This document shows, in pieces, positions 1 through 9,088 of a stretch of DNA of 64,000 bases. The stretch lies in the IMG/VR virus record IMGVR_UViG_3300043621_000137, positions 5,815 to 69,814 of that record, one strand, 5' to 3'. A program made the translations under genes and the position numbers. Position 1 is the stretch's first letter. Each line of letters starts with the position of its first letter. The stretch is from a virus. The notes under the pieces were generated by a model, which was given only the letters and a program-made list of their open reading frames with translations, searched no databases and was not told where the DNA came from.

Positions 1-2
1 TC

Positions 3-962
3 GACTGCAGCTGCGGGGCCCCCCCGCTCGATGCGGCCGAGCACCTCCGCCGCGGCTGCACGGGCAAGGCCATCATGCTGCGGACCGACCTGCTGGCGCG
101 GCGGCGCGGCGCCCAGACGCTCGCCTACTTCGAGTGCAAGACGACCGGCTGGGAGAGTGAGGCCTGGGCCGAGCAGTGGGAAACCGACGCGCAGCTGGCG
201 CTCGGCACGGTCGACGCCGCGGAGCTCTGGGGCGCCGAGGTCACCGAGCTGTACATCGTCGGCCTGAACAAAGGGCGGCGGATGCGCGACCGGTATGCGG
301 AGGCGGCCGACGACACGCGCAAGAAGCAGCAGTCGCCGCTCTGCTACGGGTACTGCCGGCCGGGCAATCCGCCGCTGGCGGCCGAGGACTGGCTCCCGAG
401 CTACGAGTGGGTCACCGACAACGGCGAGGTCAAGCGCGCGAGCCGGGCGCACCGGCGCCGCGGCGTCTGGACGCTCGGCGAGAGCGAGTGGCCCGTGTGG
501 CGCGCGTATCTGAACAGCAACCCGGGGCTCACGCCGGAGGAGTTCTGGGTCCGCTCGCTCCCGGCCTCGATCCTCGACAAGGTCTGCTTCATCCTCGGGC
601 CGATGAACCGGCAGGACCAGCAGCTGCAGGGCCTGCTGCGCGGGTTCCTGGGCGAAGAGCGCCGCTGGCAGGAGGCGTGCTGGTCGCTCTACGACCTGCA
701 GACGCAAGGCCACGGCTGGGCGAGCGAGACCTACCAGAACGCCCTCGATACGCTCATCCCCTGCAGCTGGGCGTGCCGCCCGTTCGGCAAAGAGCACCAG
801 TGCGAGTTCGTGCCCGTCTGCCACCGTCACCAGGGCTGGGATGACCCGGTCGGCAGTGGCGCCTATCAACCGCGCTTGCCACACCACGACCCCGAGCTGC
901 AGCAGGCGCAAGCCCGCGGCCTGCTCGTGGCCGAGGCCGACGCCCCCGACGACGAGGAGTAG
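3..962 (+). CDS. PD-(D/E)XK exonuclease, Cas4/RecB-like (5' truncated)
   Basis: Frame open from the window edge; RTDLL...FECKT motif, QLAL helix, C-terminal C-x8-C-x5-C cluster; precedes a Sak4-like ATPase. Confidence 0.75.
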   Translation, partial: DCSCGAPPLDAAEHLRRGCTGKAIMLRTDLLARRRGAQTLAYFECKTTGWESEAWAEQWETDAQLALGTVDAAELWGAEVTELYIVGLNKGRRMRDRYAEAADDTRKKQQSPLCYGYCRPGNPPLAAEDWLPSYEWVTDNGEVKRASRAHRRRGVWTLGESEWPVWRAYLNSNPGLTPEEFWVRSLPASILDKVCFILGPMNRQDQQLQGLLRGFLGEERRWQEACWSLYDLQTQGHGWASETYQNALDTLIPCSWACRPFGKEHQCEFVPVCHRHQGWDDPVGSGAYQPRLPHHDPELQQAQARGLLVAEADAPDDEE

Positions 963-967
963 CCCCC

Positions 968-1204
968 ATGTTGATCGCCCGCAGCAGCAGCAAGCTAAAC
1001 AAGAGTGTCCTCTTCGTCGGTCTGACCAAGGAGGAACGCAAACGCCTGGACGCCGGCGAGCCGCTGAGGCTCCCGCCCTGCCGGATGCCCGCCACCGAAA
1101 CGGCGCTGTGGCTCTTCGGCGGACGCGACGAAGACACGCTGATTGATGAACTGGAGCGCGTGCTCGGCGGCGAGGGCATCGAACTGGCGCTGGTGGTGCG
1201 CTGA
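968..1204 (+). CDS. Hypothetical protein
   Basis: 78-aa ORF with GGAG upstream, packed in the operon. Confidence 0.6.
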   Translation: MLIARSSSKLNKSVLFVGLTKEERKRLDAGEPLRLPPCRMPATETALWLFGGRDEDTLIDELERVLGGEGIELALVVR

Positions 1205-1205
1205 T

Positions 1206-1967
1206 GTGTTCACCACACGCGACGCGCACGCGCTCTATTGCTACGAGCGCCAGCGTTGGCAGCGGCTGCGGGCGCTGGACCACTGGCACCTGTGGTTTCG
1301 CGCCTGGCAGCAGAAACGTGGGCTGCGTTACTGGTACCGGGTCGACTGGCTCGCGAAGCGGCAGGCGCAGCGCGAGCGCATGGCCGAAGCCCGGCGATGC
1401 CGTCCAGGAGGGTATGTGAGCCCGGTCGGCGGCTCACGCCACTACCAGGGTGGCGGCCTGGGCGTCGAGGGCGGCTGGGGCTGCCCGAGCTGCGGGGCCG
1501 ACAACGCCGGGCCGATTGCCCAGGGCTGCAGCGTGTGTGGCGCCGGGCGGCCGGGGCGGCACATCGGGACCGAGCCGCCCGTGCCGCCAGCTGCGCCCCG
1601 AGCGGAGCTGCCCGAGACGCCGGAGGGGACACCTGATGACGTGCCGCGCGACACCCCGGCGCTGCGCTGGCTGGCCGAGCACCCCGAGGCCACGCTGGAG
1701 CAGGCCTTCATCGCCGGGTACGTCGAGGGCATGCGGGACATGCGGTATATGAGCCGGCGGCCCACCGACGCGCCCCCCGAGGCCGAGGCGGCGCTCCCGC
1801 CGGAAGCCAAGGTCGCGCGCACCATCGTCGCTGCGCTCACCTACTTCGCCGATCAGGTGCTGCCCGCCGCCTCGGCGGAGGTCGCGAGCGGCGAGTGGTG
1901 CAGCGTGGCGGAAGTCCGGCAGCTCATTCAGCAACTGACGACGACAGGAGAAGTGGCCCATGCCTAA
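1206..1967 (+). CDS. Hypothetical protein with RanBP2-like zinc finger (start uncertain: GTG 1206 or GTG 1416)
   Basis: WGCPSCGADN-x7-CSVC motif; stop overlaps the next gene. Confidence 0.6.
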   Translation: MFTTRDAHALYCYERQRWQRLRALDHWHLWFRAWQQKRGLRYWYRVDWLAKRQAQRERMAEARRCRPGGYVSPVGGSRHYQGGGLGVEGGWGCPSCGADNAGPIAQGCSVCGAGRPGRHIGTEPPVPPAAPRAELPETPEGTPDDVPRDTPALRWLAEHPEATLEQAFIAGYVEGMRDMRYMSRRPTDAPPEAEAALPPEAKVARTIVAALTYFADQVLPAASAEVASGEWCSVAEVRQLIQQLTTTGEVAHA

Positions 1968-3420
1968 CCCCTCGACCACCCCGCGGCGCATCTTCACCGC
2001 GACCCTCATCCTCGGCGTCCCGGGCGCCGGCAAGACCTCGCTCCTCGCGACCTTCGCCCGGTACCTCTGGGAGACCTACCAGAAGGTGCTGCTCCTCTAC
2101 AGCTGGGACGGCGGGGCGATCCCGACCGACCTCCAAAAGCTGATGCGCCAGGGGCTGATTCGCTTCTGGCGGGCCAGGACGCGCAGCGCCGAGGGGCTCG
2201 GCATCGAGACGCTGTACCAGGCGACCAAGGGCTACTGGCCGCGCGAGATCGACCCCGAGACGGGGGAGACGTCGCCGGGCGTGGACCTGGTGCCGCCGGT
2301 CACCACCCTCTACACGATCGCGTGCCGGAAGACTGGCGAGATCCTCGCGACGCTGCCGACGCGCGGGGTGATCACGCCGACCTACTGCGCCGGCTGCAAG
2401 ACGCTCCACCCGCAAGCGGAGCTGAACATCGCCGAGACGGTCAAGCGCACGCCCGGCTTCGAGATGGTGGGTGGGGTGGCCTACGACGGGCTGACCAGCA
2501 TGACCAACGAGGTGCTCAGCTTCATGGACCATGCGCGCGGCGCCGGCCAGGTGGGCGGCGAGAAGTCGGCCTTCGGCGGGGTGGTCGTGAGCGGGAGCAT
2601 CAAGCTCGGCGGCACCAACCGCGCCGACATCGGCCTGGGGCAGAGCCGGGGTAGGGAGTTCGTGAACAACTCCCTCAGTATCCCCTACCTTGTCGAGGGA
2701 CCTGTCTTCACGGCGCTCGCGATGGAAGCGACCGACGAAGGGGGGCTGCCGATTGTCGGCGCCAAGCTGCCGGGGCGGGCGGCGACCGACGAGGCGAGCA
2801 GCTGGTTTGGCAACGTCTTCGAGATGGGCAAGACGGCGGACGAGGCGGGCAAGGACCACTTCACCCTGTTCCTGCACCCCTTCACCGATGCGCAGAACCG
2901 CCGGCACCTGCTCAAGACGAGCAGCTCGCCGACCGGGCTCCCGGCCATGCTGATTGATCCGCTCGGCGCCCCGTGGGCGCAGGCGAACCTGGGGCGGGTG
3001 TTCCAGCTCCTCGATCAGGATCTGCAGCGCGCGCTTGCCGAACACGACATTCCCGGGGCGCCAGGGCTCGGGCAGACGCCGACCCACTACGGCGAGACGT
3101 TCTCGGTGACCCCCGCAGCGGTGCCGCCGCCAGGGGCGACGCTGCCCGCGCTCACGGCGCCCGTGCCGCCAGCCGCCGTGGTGACCCCGCCACCGGCGCC
3201 GGGGGGTGGGGCCCCGCCAGCCGTCACCGCACGACGACGCGCGCCGCAGACGCCCGCCGTCGCCGTGGTCGAGCCGCCCGCGGCTGAGCCCGCGTCTGAG
3301 CCCGCGTCTGCGTCGACGACTGAGCCCGCGCCGGTGTCGCTGCCAGGGCCGGTCGTGGCCGGCAGCGGGCCGCCTCCGCCGCCCGGGATGAAGCCCCCCG
3401 CGCGCCTCGCGACGAGCTGA
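1960..3420 (+). CDS. Sak4/AAA_24-like P-loop ATPase (annealing protein) with Pro/Ala-rich tail
   Basis: Walker A GVPGAGKTS, Walker B-like VAYDGLT; lies between the exonuclease and SSB-like genes. Confidence 0.75.
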   Translation: MPNPSTTPRRIFTATLILGVPGAGKTSLLATFARYLWETYQKVLLLYSWDGGAIPTDLQKLMRQGLIRFWRARTRSAEGLGIETLYQATKGYWPREIDPETGETSPGVDLVPPVTTLYTIACRKTGEILATLPTRGVITPTYCAGCKTLHPQAELNIAETVKRTPGFEMVGGVAYDGLTSMTNEVLSFMDHARGAGQVGGEKSAFGGVVVSGSIKLGGTNRADIGLGQSRGREFVNNSLSIPYLVEGPVFTALAMEATDEGGLPIVGAKLPGRAATDEASSWFGNVFEMGKTADEAGKDHFTLFLHPFTDAQNRRHLLKTSSSPTGLPAMLIDPLGAPWAQANLGRVFQLLDQDLQRALAEHDIPGAPGLGQTPTHYGETFSVTPAAVPPPGATLPALTAPVPPAAVVTPPPAPGGGAPPAVTARRRAPQTPAVAVVEPPAAEPASEPASASTTEPAPVSLPGPVVAGSGPPPPPGMKPPARLATS

Positions 3421-3425
3421 CGGCC

Positions 3426-3662
3426 ATGCTGCCCTCGCATCCGATCGCCACGCTGATGTTGGAGGATCTGCGCGCCGCCGCGCGCTATTTGGACCAGCTC
3501 ACCGACGAGCCGCCGCCGCACGATCGCCATGCCGCTCACATCCACGCCGTCCGCCTCTGGGCTGCGGTCGATGCGGTCGAACGGCTGGTGATCGGCATCG
3601 AAGCGCTGCTCGTGCAGGAGCACGCGGAGCGGCGGGAGCGCGAAGTTACGCCGAGGGTGTGA
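3426..3662 (+). CDS. Hypothetical protein
   Basis: 78-aa helical ORF directly after the ATPase. Confidence 0.55.
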   Translation: MLPSHPIATLMLEDLRAAARYLDQLTDEPPPHDRHAAHIHAVRLWAAVDAVERLVIGIEALLVQEHAERREREVTPRV

Positions 3663-3876
3663 CGCGCCGTGCGCGCATTGGCGTGGCTGCCGGGCGAACC
3701 CCTAAGCCCGGATCACCCATTCTCGCTACGGAAGGCCCAGGGACGTGGGGGGATGCGAGATCACCCCCGGGCGACGACGACGGCCAACGACGACAACGAC
3801 CACGACGACGACGCTGCTGATGCCGACGGAATGAGCCGCGGTCTCAGGATTCCCCATCGTCTGTTGGAGGTGCATC

Positions 3877-4542
3877 GTGGGCAGAAGTATGCAGGAACTC
3901 GCCAGTGAACTGAAAGATGATGTGTTGCCGACCAGCGGCCAGGAACTCGACGATCTCCCGACGTTCGGATCGTTCACCCCGCCGCCGCCCCCGGGCGCGT
4001 ACCGCTTCCAGCTGCCGGGGGATCTCTCGGCCATCTGGGATCTGTTCGACACGCCCGAGAAGACGCCGCCGCAGCGCGTGAAAGCGAGCTTCGATCGCGA
4101 CCACCCGCTGCTCATCCTGCAGAGCCCGCAGGGGAAATCGAACAACGAGCCGTTCGAGACCCGGCTCACCAACAACGAGCGCAAGCGCGGCAAGGGCGGC
4201 ACGGTCACCGCCAGCGACATGGACTACCTGCTGCGCGCGCTCGGCGAGACGCAGAAGCCGACGAGCAACCGCGGGTACATCCAGACGGTGCAGAAGTACG
4301 CGGGCAAGCAGTTCGGCGCCGACCTGCGCTACAGCTGGCGCTGCAGCAAGGACCGGGACATCCGGGCCCGCGACGGCCAGGGCCAGGTGCAGGTCATCGA
4401 GGGCAAGAAGGGCTGCGGCGAGGCCTACTACCAGGAGGACGTGCCGAAGGACGCGACCGGCGCGGTGCCGTATGAAATCCAGTGTGGCAACTGCGGCGCC
4501 TTGCTGCGGGCGTTCGCCAACCTCGACAACCTGCGGAGCTGA
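3877..4542 (+). CDS. Putative ssDNA-binding protein with C-terminal Cys4 finger
   Basis: GGAGG RBS; PPPGAYRF start typical of phage OB-fold SSBs; C...GCG...CGNCG; position in the recombination module. Confidence 0.55.
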   Translation: MGRSMQELASELKDDVLPTSGQELDDLPTFGSFTPPPPPGAYRFQLPGDLSAIWDLFDTPEKTPPQRVKASFDRDHPLLILQSPQGKSNNEPFETRLTNNERKRGKGGTVTASDMDYLLRALGETQKPTSNRGYIQTVQKYAGKQFGADLRYSWRCSKDRDIRARDGQGQVQVIEGKKGCGEAYYQEDVPKDATGAVPYEIQCGNCGALLRAFANLDNLRS

Positions 4543-4547
4543 CGGCC

Positions 4548-4829
4548 ATGAGCGAAGAACAGTTGCCGCTCGATGTTTGCGACCCGCCGGAGCCGCACGA
4601 TCGGCTGCTGCAGTTCTTCGCCTACAACCACCTGCCCGAGCCCTTGCAGGAAGCGACCGCGCCCTTCTGGGTGCTCGCGCAGGTGGTGGTCAACACCATG
4701 CCGCTGACCCCGGAGCGGACGGTGTGCCTGCGTAAGTTGCTTGAGGCGAGGGACGCGGCGGTGCGCGCGCGGTTGTGCCAAGCGGACGAACCGACGGAAA
4801 CCAACTACACGGACAAATGGAGCCGATGA
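4548..4829 (+). CDS. Conserved phage helical-hairpin protein, possibly Acb2/Tad1-like
   Basis: FFAYNHLP...ERTVCLRKLLEARDAAVRA motif; the CDS is well supported but the function is tentative. Confidence 0.65.
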   Translation: MSEEQLPLDVCDPPEPHDRLLQFFAYNHLPEPLQEATAPFWVLAQVVVNTMPLTPERTVCLRKLLEARDAAVRARLCQADEPTETNYTDKWSR

Positions 4830-5032
4830 TGTCGAAGAAACGTGATCCCGTAATTGCCGTCCTCAAGTACTTCCAGGAGGCCGAGCTGCCGCTGGCGCAC
4901 CAGGCGCTGGCGCTGGCGTCGCAGACGCTCAAGGCGCGGGAGTCGAGCCCGCGGCTGGTGACGAAGAAGGCGACGTCCGCGTCCGCGCCCGCCGGGCCGC
5001 CGCGTGTGGCGGCGGGCGACAAGAGCGCGTAG
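4826..5032 (+). CDS. Hypothetical protein
   Basis: ATGA overlap with the upstream gene; GGAG RBS. Confidence 0.6.
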   Translation: MMSKKRDPVIAVLKYFQEAELPLAHQALALASQTLKARESSPRLVTKKATSASAPAGPPRVAAGDKSA

Positions 5033-5106
5033 CGATGCATATGCAAGTGGTCCCCGCTCTCACTCTGGAGGGCGGGGACCTTCAGGCGACGACGAAGGAG
5101 GCGACC

Positions 5107-5388
5107 GTGAGCGGTAAGCAGCAGCAGCAGCACGACGCGCAGCAGGAGAGCCCCACCCCCGAGCGGGCCAAGGGCACCGTCCAACACACCTACCCCGAAC
5201 GCGGGTTCGGCTTCATCCGCTGTACGGAAGGGGCCCGCGACGACCTCGGACAGGACTTCTTCTTTCATGCGACCGGCCTGGACGACGGCTTGACGATGGC
5301 CGATCTGCTGCCGGGCAGCGTGGTCGACTTCGAGTGTCGCGACGTGCCGCGGGGCAAGCGCGCGGAGCACGTCTCGCTCGCGCGGTAG
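5107..5388 (+). CDS. Cold-shock domain protein
   Basis: KGTV, RNP1 RGFGFI, RNP2 FFHATGL, G-K-R-A-x-x-V end; AAGGAG RBS before GTG. Confidence 0.9.
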   Translation: MSGKQQQQHDAQQESPTPERAKGTVQHTYPERGFGFIRCTEGARDDLGQDFFFHATGLDDGLTMADLLPGSVVDFECRDVPRGKRAEHVSLAR

Positions 5389-5399
5389 GGGAGGGCAGG

Positions 5400-5867
5400 A
5401 TGGCGACCGCAGGGCGTTACGCCTCCGAGACCGAGGTGCCGATCGAGCGGAGCAAGCGGCAGATCGAGGTGCTGCTGCAGCAGCAGGGCGCCCAGGCCTA
5501 TCACGTCGGCTGGGACAGTGGCCGCGACATCATCGAGTTCGGCTGGCAGGGCAAGCAGATCCGCTTCGTGCTGCGGCGCTACGCGTTGAAGGACTTTGAG
5601 GTGAGCGAGCGCGGCCACTACCGGACGCAGCGCCAGCGCCAGCAGGCCTTCGAGCAGGCCGATCGCTCGCGCTGGCGAGCGCTCTACTTGGTGGTCCGCG
5701 CCAAGCTCGAAGCGGTCGAGCGCGGCATCGCCGTCTTCGAGGAGGAGTTCATGGCCTTCATCGTGGTGCCGGGGCGCAACCAAACGGTCGGTGAGATTCT
5801 CCTGCCGCGGATCGCCGAGGGGCGCTTCGATGTGGGGCGGGCGCTGCCGGAAGTGACGGAGGGCTGA
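5400..5867 (+). CDS. Conserved phage hypothetical protein
   Basis: YASETEVPIERSKRQIE...RWRALYLVVRAKLEAVE...FEEEFMAFIV pattern; GGAGG RBS. Confidence 0.75.
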   Translation: MATAGRYASETEVPIERSKRQIEVLLQQQGAQAYHVGWDSGRDIIEFGWQGKQIRFVLRRYALKDFEVSERGHYRTQRQRQQAFEQADRSRWRALYLVVRAKLEAVERGIAVFEEEFMAFIVVPGRNQTVGEILLPRIAEGRFDVGRALPEVTEG

Positions 5868-5869
5868 CC

Positions 5870-7462
5870 ATGCTCCGCCAGCACGCCCCGGTCGATCCGG
5901 CGCTCGCCTTCGGCGGCAGCGCCCCGCCGGCCCCGCCGGTCGTTCACGCACGGCCGCGGGTCGAGGAGCCGCCCCCCGAGCCGGCGGCGTTCATCCCGGT
6001 CGTGCGGAAGACGCCGGGGGACGGTGTCAACGGACGCCGAGAAAACGAGAGCGCCCGTTTTTCAGGAGCGTCCGTTGACAACGCGCCTCGCACCCCAGAG
6101 ACCCGCTCGGCGGCCGAGATCCGCGCCGCGCTCCGCCAGCCGTTCTCGGGCCTGTTCGGCGCGGCCGGCAGCGGCAAGACGTTCCTGACCAAGGCCTGGG
6201 CCGAGGAGGAGAAGGGACTCGTGCTGGCCGCCACGACCGGCATCGCCGCCATCAACCTCGGCGGCGAGACCATCAACTCGATCCTCGGCTACTTCGATAC
6301 CGCCAGCCTGCAGGAGAGCTACCTCAACGGGTTCCTCAGCGCCAAGCTCGGCAAGCTCTGGAAGTGCGGCGTGCGACGCCTGGTGCTCGACGAGGTGTCG
6401 ATGCTGGCCGGCGACCAGCTCGGCTTCCTGGTCAAGGCGATCGAGGAGGTCAACACGCGCGGCTATGTGCTGTCGACCAAGCAGGACGCCGACGAGGACA
6501 CCACCCCGCCGGCGATGGGCCTGACGGTGGTGGGCGACTTCTGCCAGCTCTCGCCGGTCAAGGCCACCTATGCCTTCGAAGCGCCCGAGTGGGATCGCTT
6601 CCAAGCGAGCACCGTGACGCTGACCGAGATTCGCCGGCAGGCCGACCCCGAGTTCATCCAGATGCTGCGCGACGCCCGGGCGGGGCGAGGGGCCGCGGTG
6701 GCGGCCTACTTCGAGAGCCGGGGCGCGATCCACGCCGAGACCGACGACCACTTCGCCGGGCCGACCATCCACGCGAAGAACGAGAGCGTCGACCGCTACA
6801 ACGCGCTGCGGTTGTCGCGGCTCGCGGGGGCGGAAGTGACGTTCGGGTCCGATCGCTGGGGCAAGCAGCGCAGCGAGTGGGGGAATCCGCTGAAGCCGCC
6901 CTCGACCTGGGGCATCCCCGAGACGCTCACGCTGAAGGAAGGCGCGCTCGTGATGATCCTCGCCAACCGCCGCGAGGGCGGGGCGCTCGCCTATGTGAAC
7001 GGCGACCTCGGTGTCCTAGAGGCGGTCGGCGACGAGTATGTCGTCGACGCCAAGGGCCGCGAGCGGCGGGTGCGGGGGGCCTACGTACGCCTGCAGCGCA
7101 CCGGCCAGGTCGCGTTTGTGATCCCGGTGACGCGCCGCGTGAAGCTGCCGGCCGATAGCGCGCGGCGGAAAGAGCTGCGCCTGCAGGGGCACGAGGACCA
7201 CATCGAGGAGCGGTGGGAGATTGCCGGGGAGATCACCTATCAGCCGTTGAGAGTTGCATATGCATCTACTGTTCACAAGTCGCAAGGGCTGAGTCTCGAC
7301 AGCGTCCAGGTCAACGTCAGGGATGCGTTTTTCAAGACGCCCGGCATGGCCTATGTCGCCTTGTCACGAGCGAGAACGGCGGCAGGGCTGCGGCTGGTCG
7401 GGAGCGCGGCGGCGCTCATCGAGCGGTGTACGACCGATCCGCGGCTGGGGGGGTGGCTGTGA
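5870..7462 (+). CDS. Pif1-family SF1B helicase
   Basis: GAAGSGKT, DEVSML, GDFCQLSPV, RRQ, PLRVAYASTVHKSQGLSLD, YVALSR. Confidence 0.92.
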   Translation: MLRQHAPVDPALAFGGSAPPAPPVVHARPRVEEPPPEPAAFIPVVRKTPGDGVNGRRENESARFSGASVDNAPRTPETRSAAEIRAALRQPFSGLFGAAGSGKTFLTKAWAEEEKGLVLAATTGIAAINLGGETINSILGYFDTASLQESYLNGFLSAKLGKLWKCGVRRLVLDEVSMLAGDQLGFLVKAIEEVNTRGYVLSTKQDADEDTTPPAMGLTVVGDFCQLSPVKATYAFEAPEWDRFQASTVTLTEIRRQADPEFIQMLRDARAGRGAAVAAYFESRGAIHAETDDHFAGPTIHAKNESVDRYNALRLSRLAGAEVTFGSDRWGKQRSEWGNPLKPPSTWGIPETLTLKEGALVMILANRREGGALAYVNGDLGVLEAVGDEYVVDAKGRERRVRGAYVRLQRTGQVAFVIPVTRRVKLPADSARRKELRLQGHEDHIEERWEIAGEITYQPLRVAYASTVHKSQGLSLDSVQVNVRDAFFKTPGMAYVALSRARTAAGLRLVGSAAALIERCTTDPRLGGWL

Positions 7463-8064
7463 GTGCGACTGAGGTGATCGTACGCAAGTTCCTGTGCTCC
7501 GGCGACCGCCTCTTCCTCAATCCGTTCGAGGAGGATCTCGGGCGGCGGATCGGTGAGGCACGCTTCGCCACCAATCGGCAGAACGGCTGCCGCCCGGCCG
7601 TCATCCAAGACCTCGACGCGGTTTGCGCTAACGACCGTTTCGGGGGCATGGCCGAAGTTGCGGTCGCGCGCTGGTTGAACGTCTGGCCGATGACGCAGTT
7701 CACCGAGTACCTCTACTACAACCTGAAGCTGCCCGGGGGCGACCTCATTGCCGTGCAGTGGAACGACCAGCGCAAAGCCGCCGTGCTCGACCAGGCGCGC
7801 GAGGTGCGGCGCGGGCAGAAGCACAAAGAGGCACCTGACTTGTACATCGTACTGACTGGAGGGATCACCAATAGTGGCCGGTCCCTGTTCGAGTTCGTCG
7901 GGTGGACGACGCACGCCGAGCTGCTCGTCTCGCCGGTAGAGACGCTGAAGCACTATGGCCCGCGCTGGGTCCAATGCGATCTGCACGAGCGCCTCGACGT
8001 CCTGACGTGTGCGCGGGGCCAGGGAGTCGGGCGCGGTCGTGGAACCAGCGAGACAACGACGTGA
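7459..8064 (+). CDS. Hypothetical protein, possibly a degenerate PD-(D/E)XK fold
   Basis: GTGA overlap; GGMAEVAVARWL helix; catalytic D/K residues not evident. Confidence 0.6.
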   Translation: MSATEVIVRKFLCSGDRLFLNPFEEDLGRRIGEARFATNRQNGCRPAVIQDLDAVCANDRFGGMAEVAVARWLNVWPMTQFTEYLYYNLKLPGGDLIAVQWNDQRKAAVLDQAREVRRGQKHKEAPDLYIVLTGGITNSGRSLFEFVGWTTHAELLVSPVETLKHYGPRWVQCDLHERLDVLTCARGQGVGRGRGTSETTT

Positions 8065-8067
8065 CCG

Positions 8068-8652
8068 ATGGCGGCCGCCCCCCTCGCCCCACTCGCGCTC
8101 TCCCGCACCTGCGCCCTCCAGGACTTCCCGGGCTGCCTCTCGGTCGCGACCTGGCAGCAGTGCCTGGCCGACGAGGCCTGGGCGCAGTGGACGGCCGCCG
8201 AGCACCTGCGGACGCGGCACGGCGGCCTGGTCGTGAACTACTCGGGCGTCGACTTCCGCGCGCCGGGGCCGACGGCCAGCGCCTGGCACTACGCCGAGAC
8301 GCCGGCCGCCCGGAACGGCGACGGCGCGGGGGAGGGGCCCGTGCCGGCGGTCTACGGGCTGTGCGTGCTCGATCGCATCGCGGCGCCGGTCGCGTTCCTG
8401 ACGCAGGCCGGAGCGCTGCTCGGGCCGCACGGGCTGCTGTTTTTGACGTTCGCCTACTGGGATGCGGAAGGGGAGGACACCGCCGCCGGCCACGACGAGC
8501 GGCGGCGGATCTACTCGGCGCACAGCGTGGTGCGGCTGATTCGCGAGGCGCGGCGGCTCGGGTTCGAGAACTTCGGCGGGACCGAGTGGACGTACCACGG
8601 GAACCTGCTGGAGGACCACTCGTTGGCCTCGCTGGTGATGGTGCGGCGATAG
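8068..8652 (+). CDS. Class I SAM methyltransferase-like protein (divergent)
   Basis: CVLDRIAAPVAFLTQAGALLGPHGLLFLTF resembles the C-terminal half of Methyltransf_11; no clear motif I. Confidence 0.55.
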   Translation: MAAAPLAPLALSRTCALQDFPGCLSVATWQQCLADEAWAQWTAAEHLRTRHGGLVVNYSGVDFRAPGPTASAWHYAETPAARNGDGAGEGPVPAVYGLCVLDRIAAPVAFLTQAGALLGPHGLLFLTFAYWDAEGEDTAAGHDERRRIYSAHSVVRLIREARRLGFENFGGTEWTYHGNLLEDHSLASLVMVRR

Positions 8653-8658
8653 GACTGT

Positions 8659-8739
8659 GGCAGGGCACGGCAGGGCCTGGCGCGGCAGGGTCTGGCTGGG
8701 GTTCGGTTCGGCAGGGTGTGGTGTGGTGAGGTGAGGTGA
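8659..8739 (+). repeat. Tandem degenerate pentamer repeat (GGYNN) x16
   Basis: ggcag ggcac ggcag ggcct ggcgc ggcag ggtct ggctg g ggttc ggttc ggcag ggtgt ggtgt ggtga ggtga ggtga. Confidence 0.9.
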
Positions 8740-8742
8740 TTT

Positions 8743-8850
8743 ATGGCAATGGAGATCGAGATCGGGACGCGGCTGATGACCGCGATCGCCGCGGTGCTGA
8801 TTGGCCTGCTGGTCGAGCGGTGGTGGAACTACGCGAGTCGGCGGCGGTAG
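8743..8850 (+). CDS. Small membrane peptide (35 aa)
   Basis: GAGGTGA RBS; MAMEIEIGTRLMTAIAAVLIGLLVERWWNYASRRR. Confidence 0.55.
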   Translation: MAMEIEIGTRLMTAIAAVLIGLLVERWWNYASRRR

Positions 8851-8884
8851 ACAGTTGAGGGTGTGCCGTGCTAGCCTATGCTGC

Positions 8885-9088
8885 ATGAACACACCACATA
8901 AGCGGAAACGACAACTGAACGTGTACGTCAACGAAGAGTCCAGGGCGATTCTCACGGCGCTCCTGGCGCGGGACGGCGTCCCGTTTAGCGCCCAGATCGA
9001 CCGGGCGCTCAAGCTCTGGGCCAAAGAGAAGGGCATCGAGGTGACACATGGCGCAGGACACGACACTCCCGAAGGAACGCAGCGATGA
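8885..9088 (+). CDS. Ribbon-helix-helix DNA-binding protein
   Basis: RQLNVYV strand followed by two helices (GVPFSAQIDRAL). Confidence 0.7.
   Translation: MNTPHKRKRQLNVYVNEESRAILTALLARDGVPFSAQIDRALKLWAKEKGIEVTHGAGHDTPEGTQR

Noticed and set aside
3-962. Cas4-like nuclease as a sign of a CRISPR system
   Set aside because: No repeat-spacer array or other cas genes were seen; the context is a phage recombination module
3745-3860. tmRNA (ANDDN...AA tag-like reading)
   Set aside because: No tRNA-like acceptor or T-arm, no CCA end, and no in-frame stop after AA
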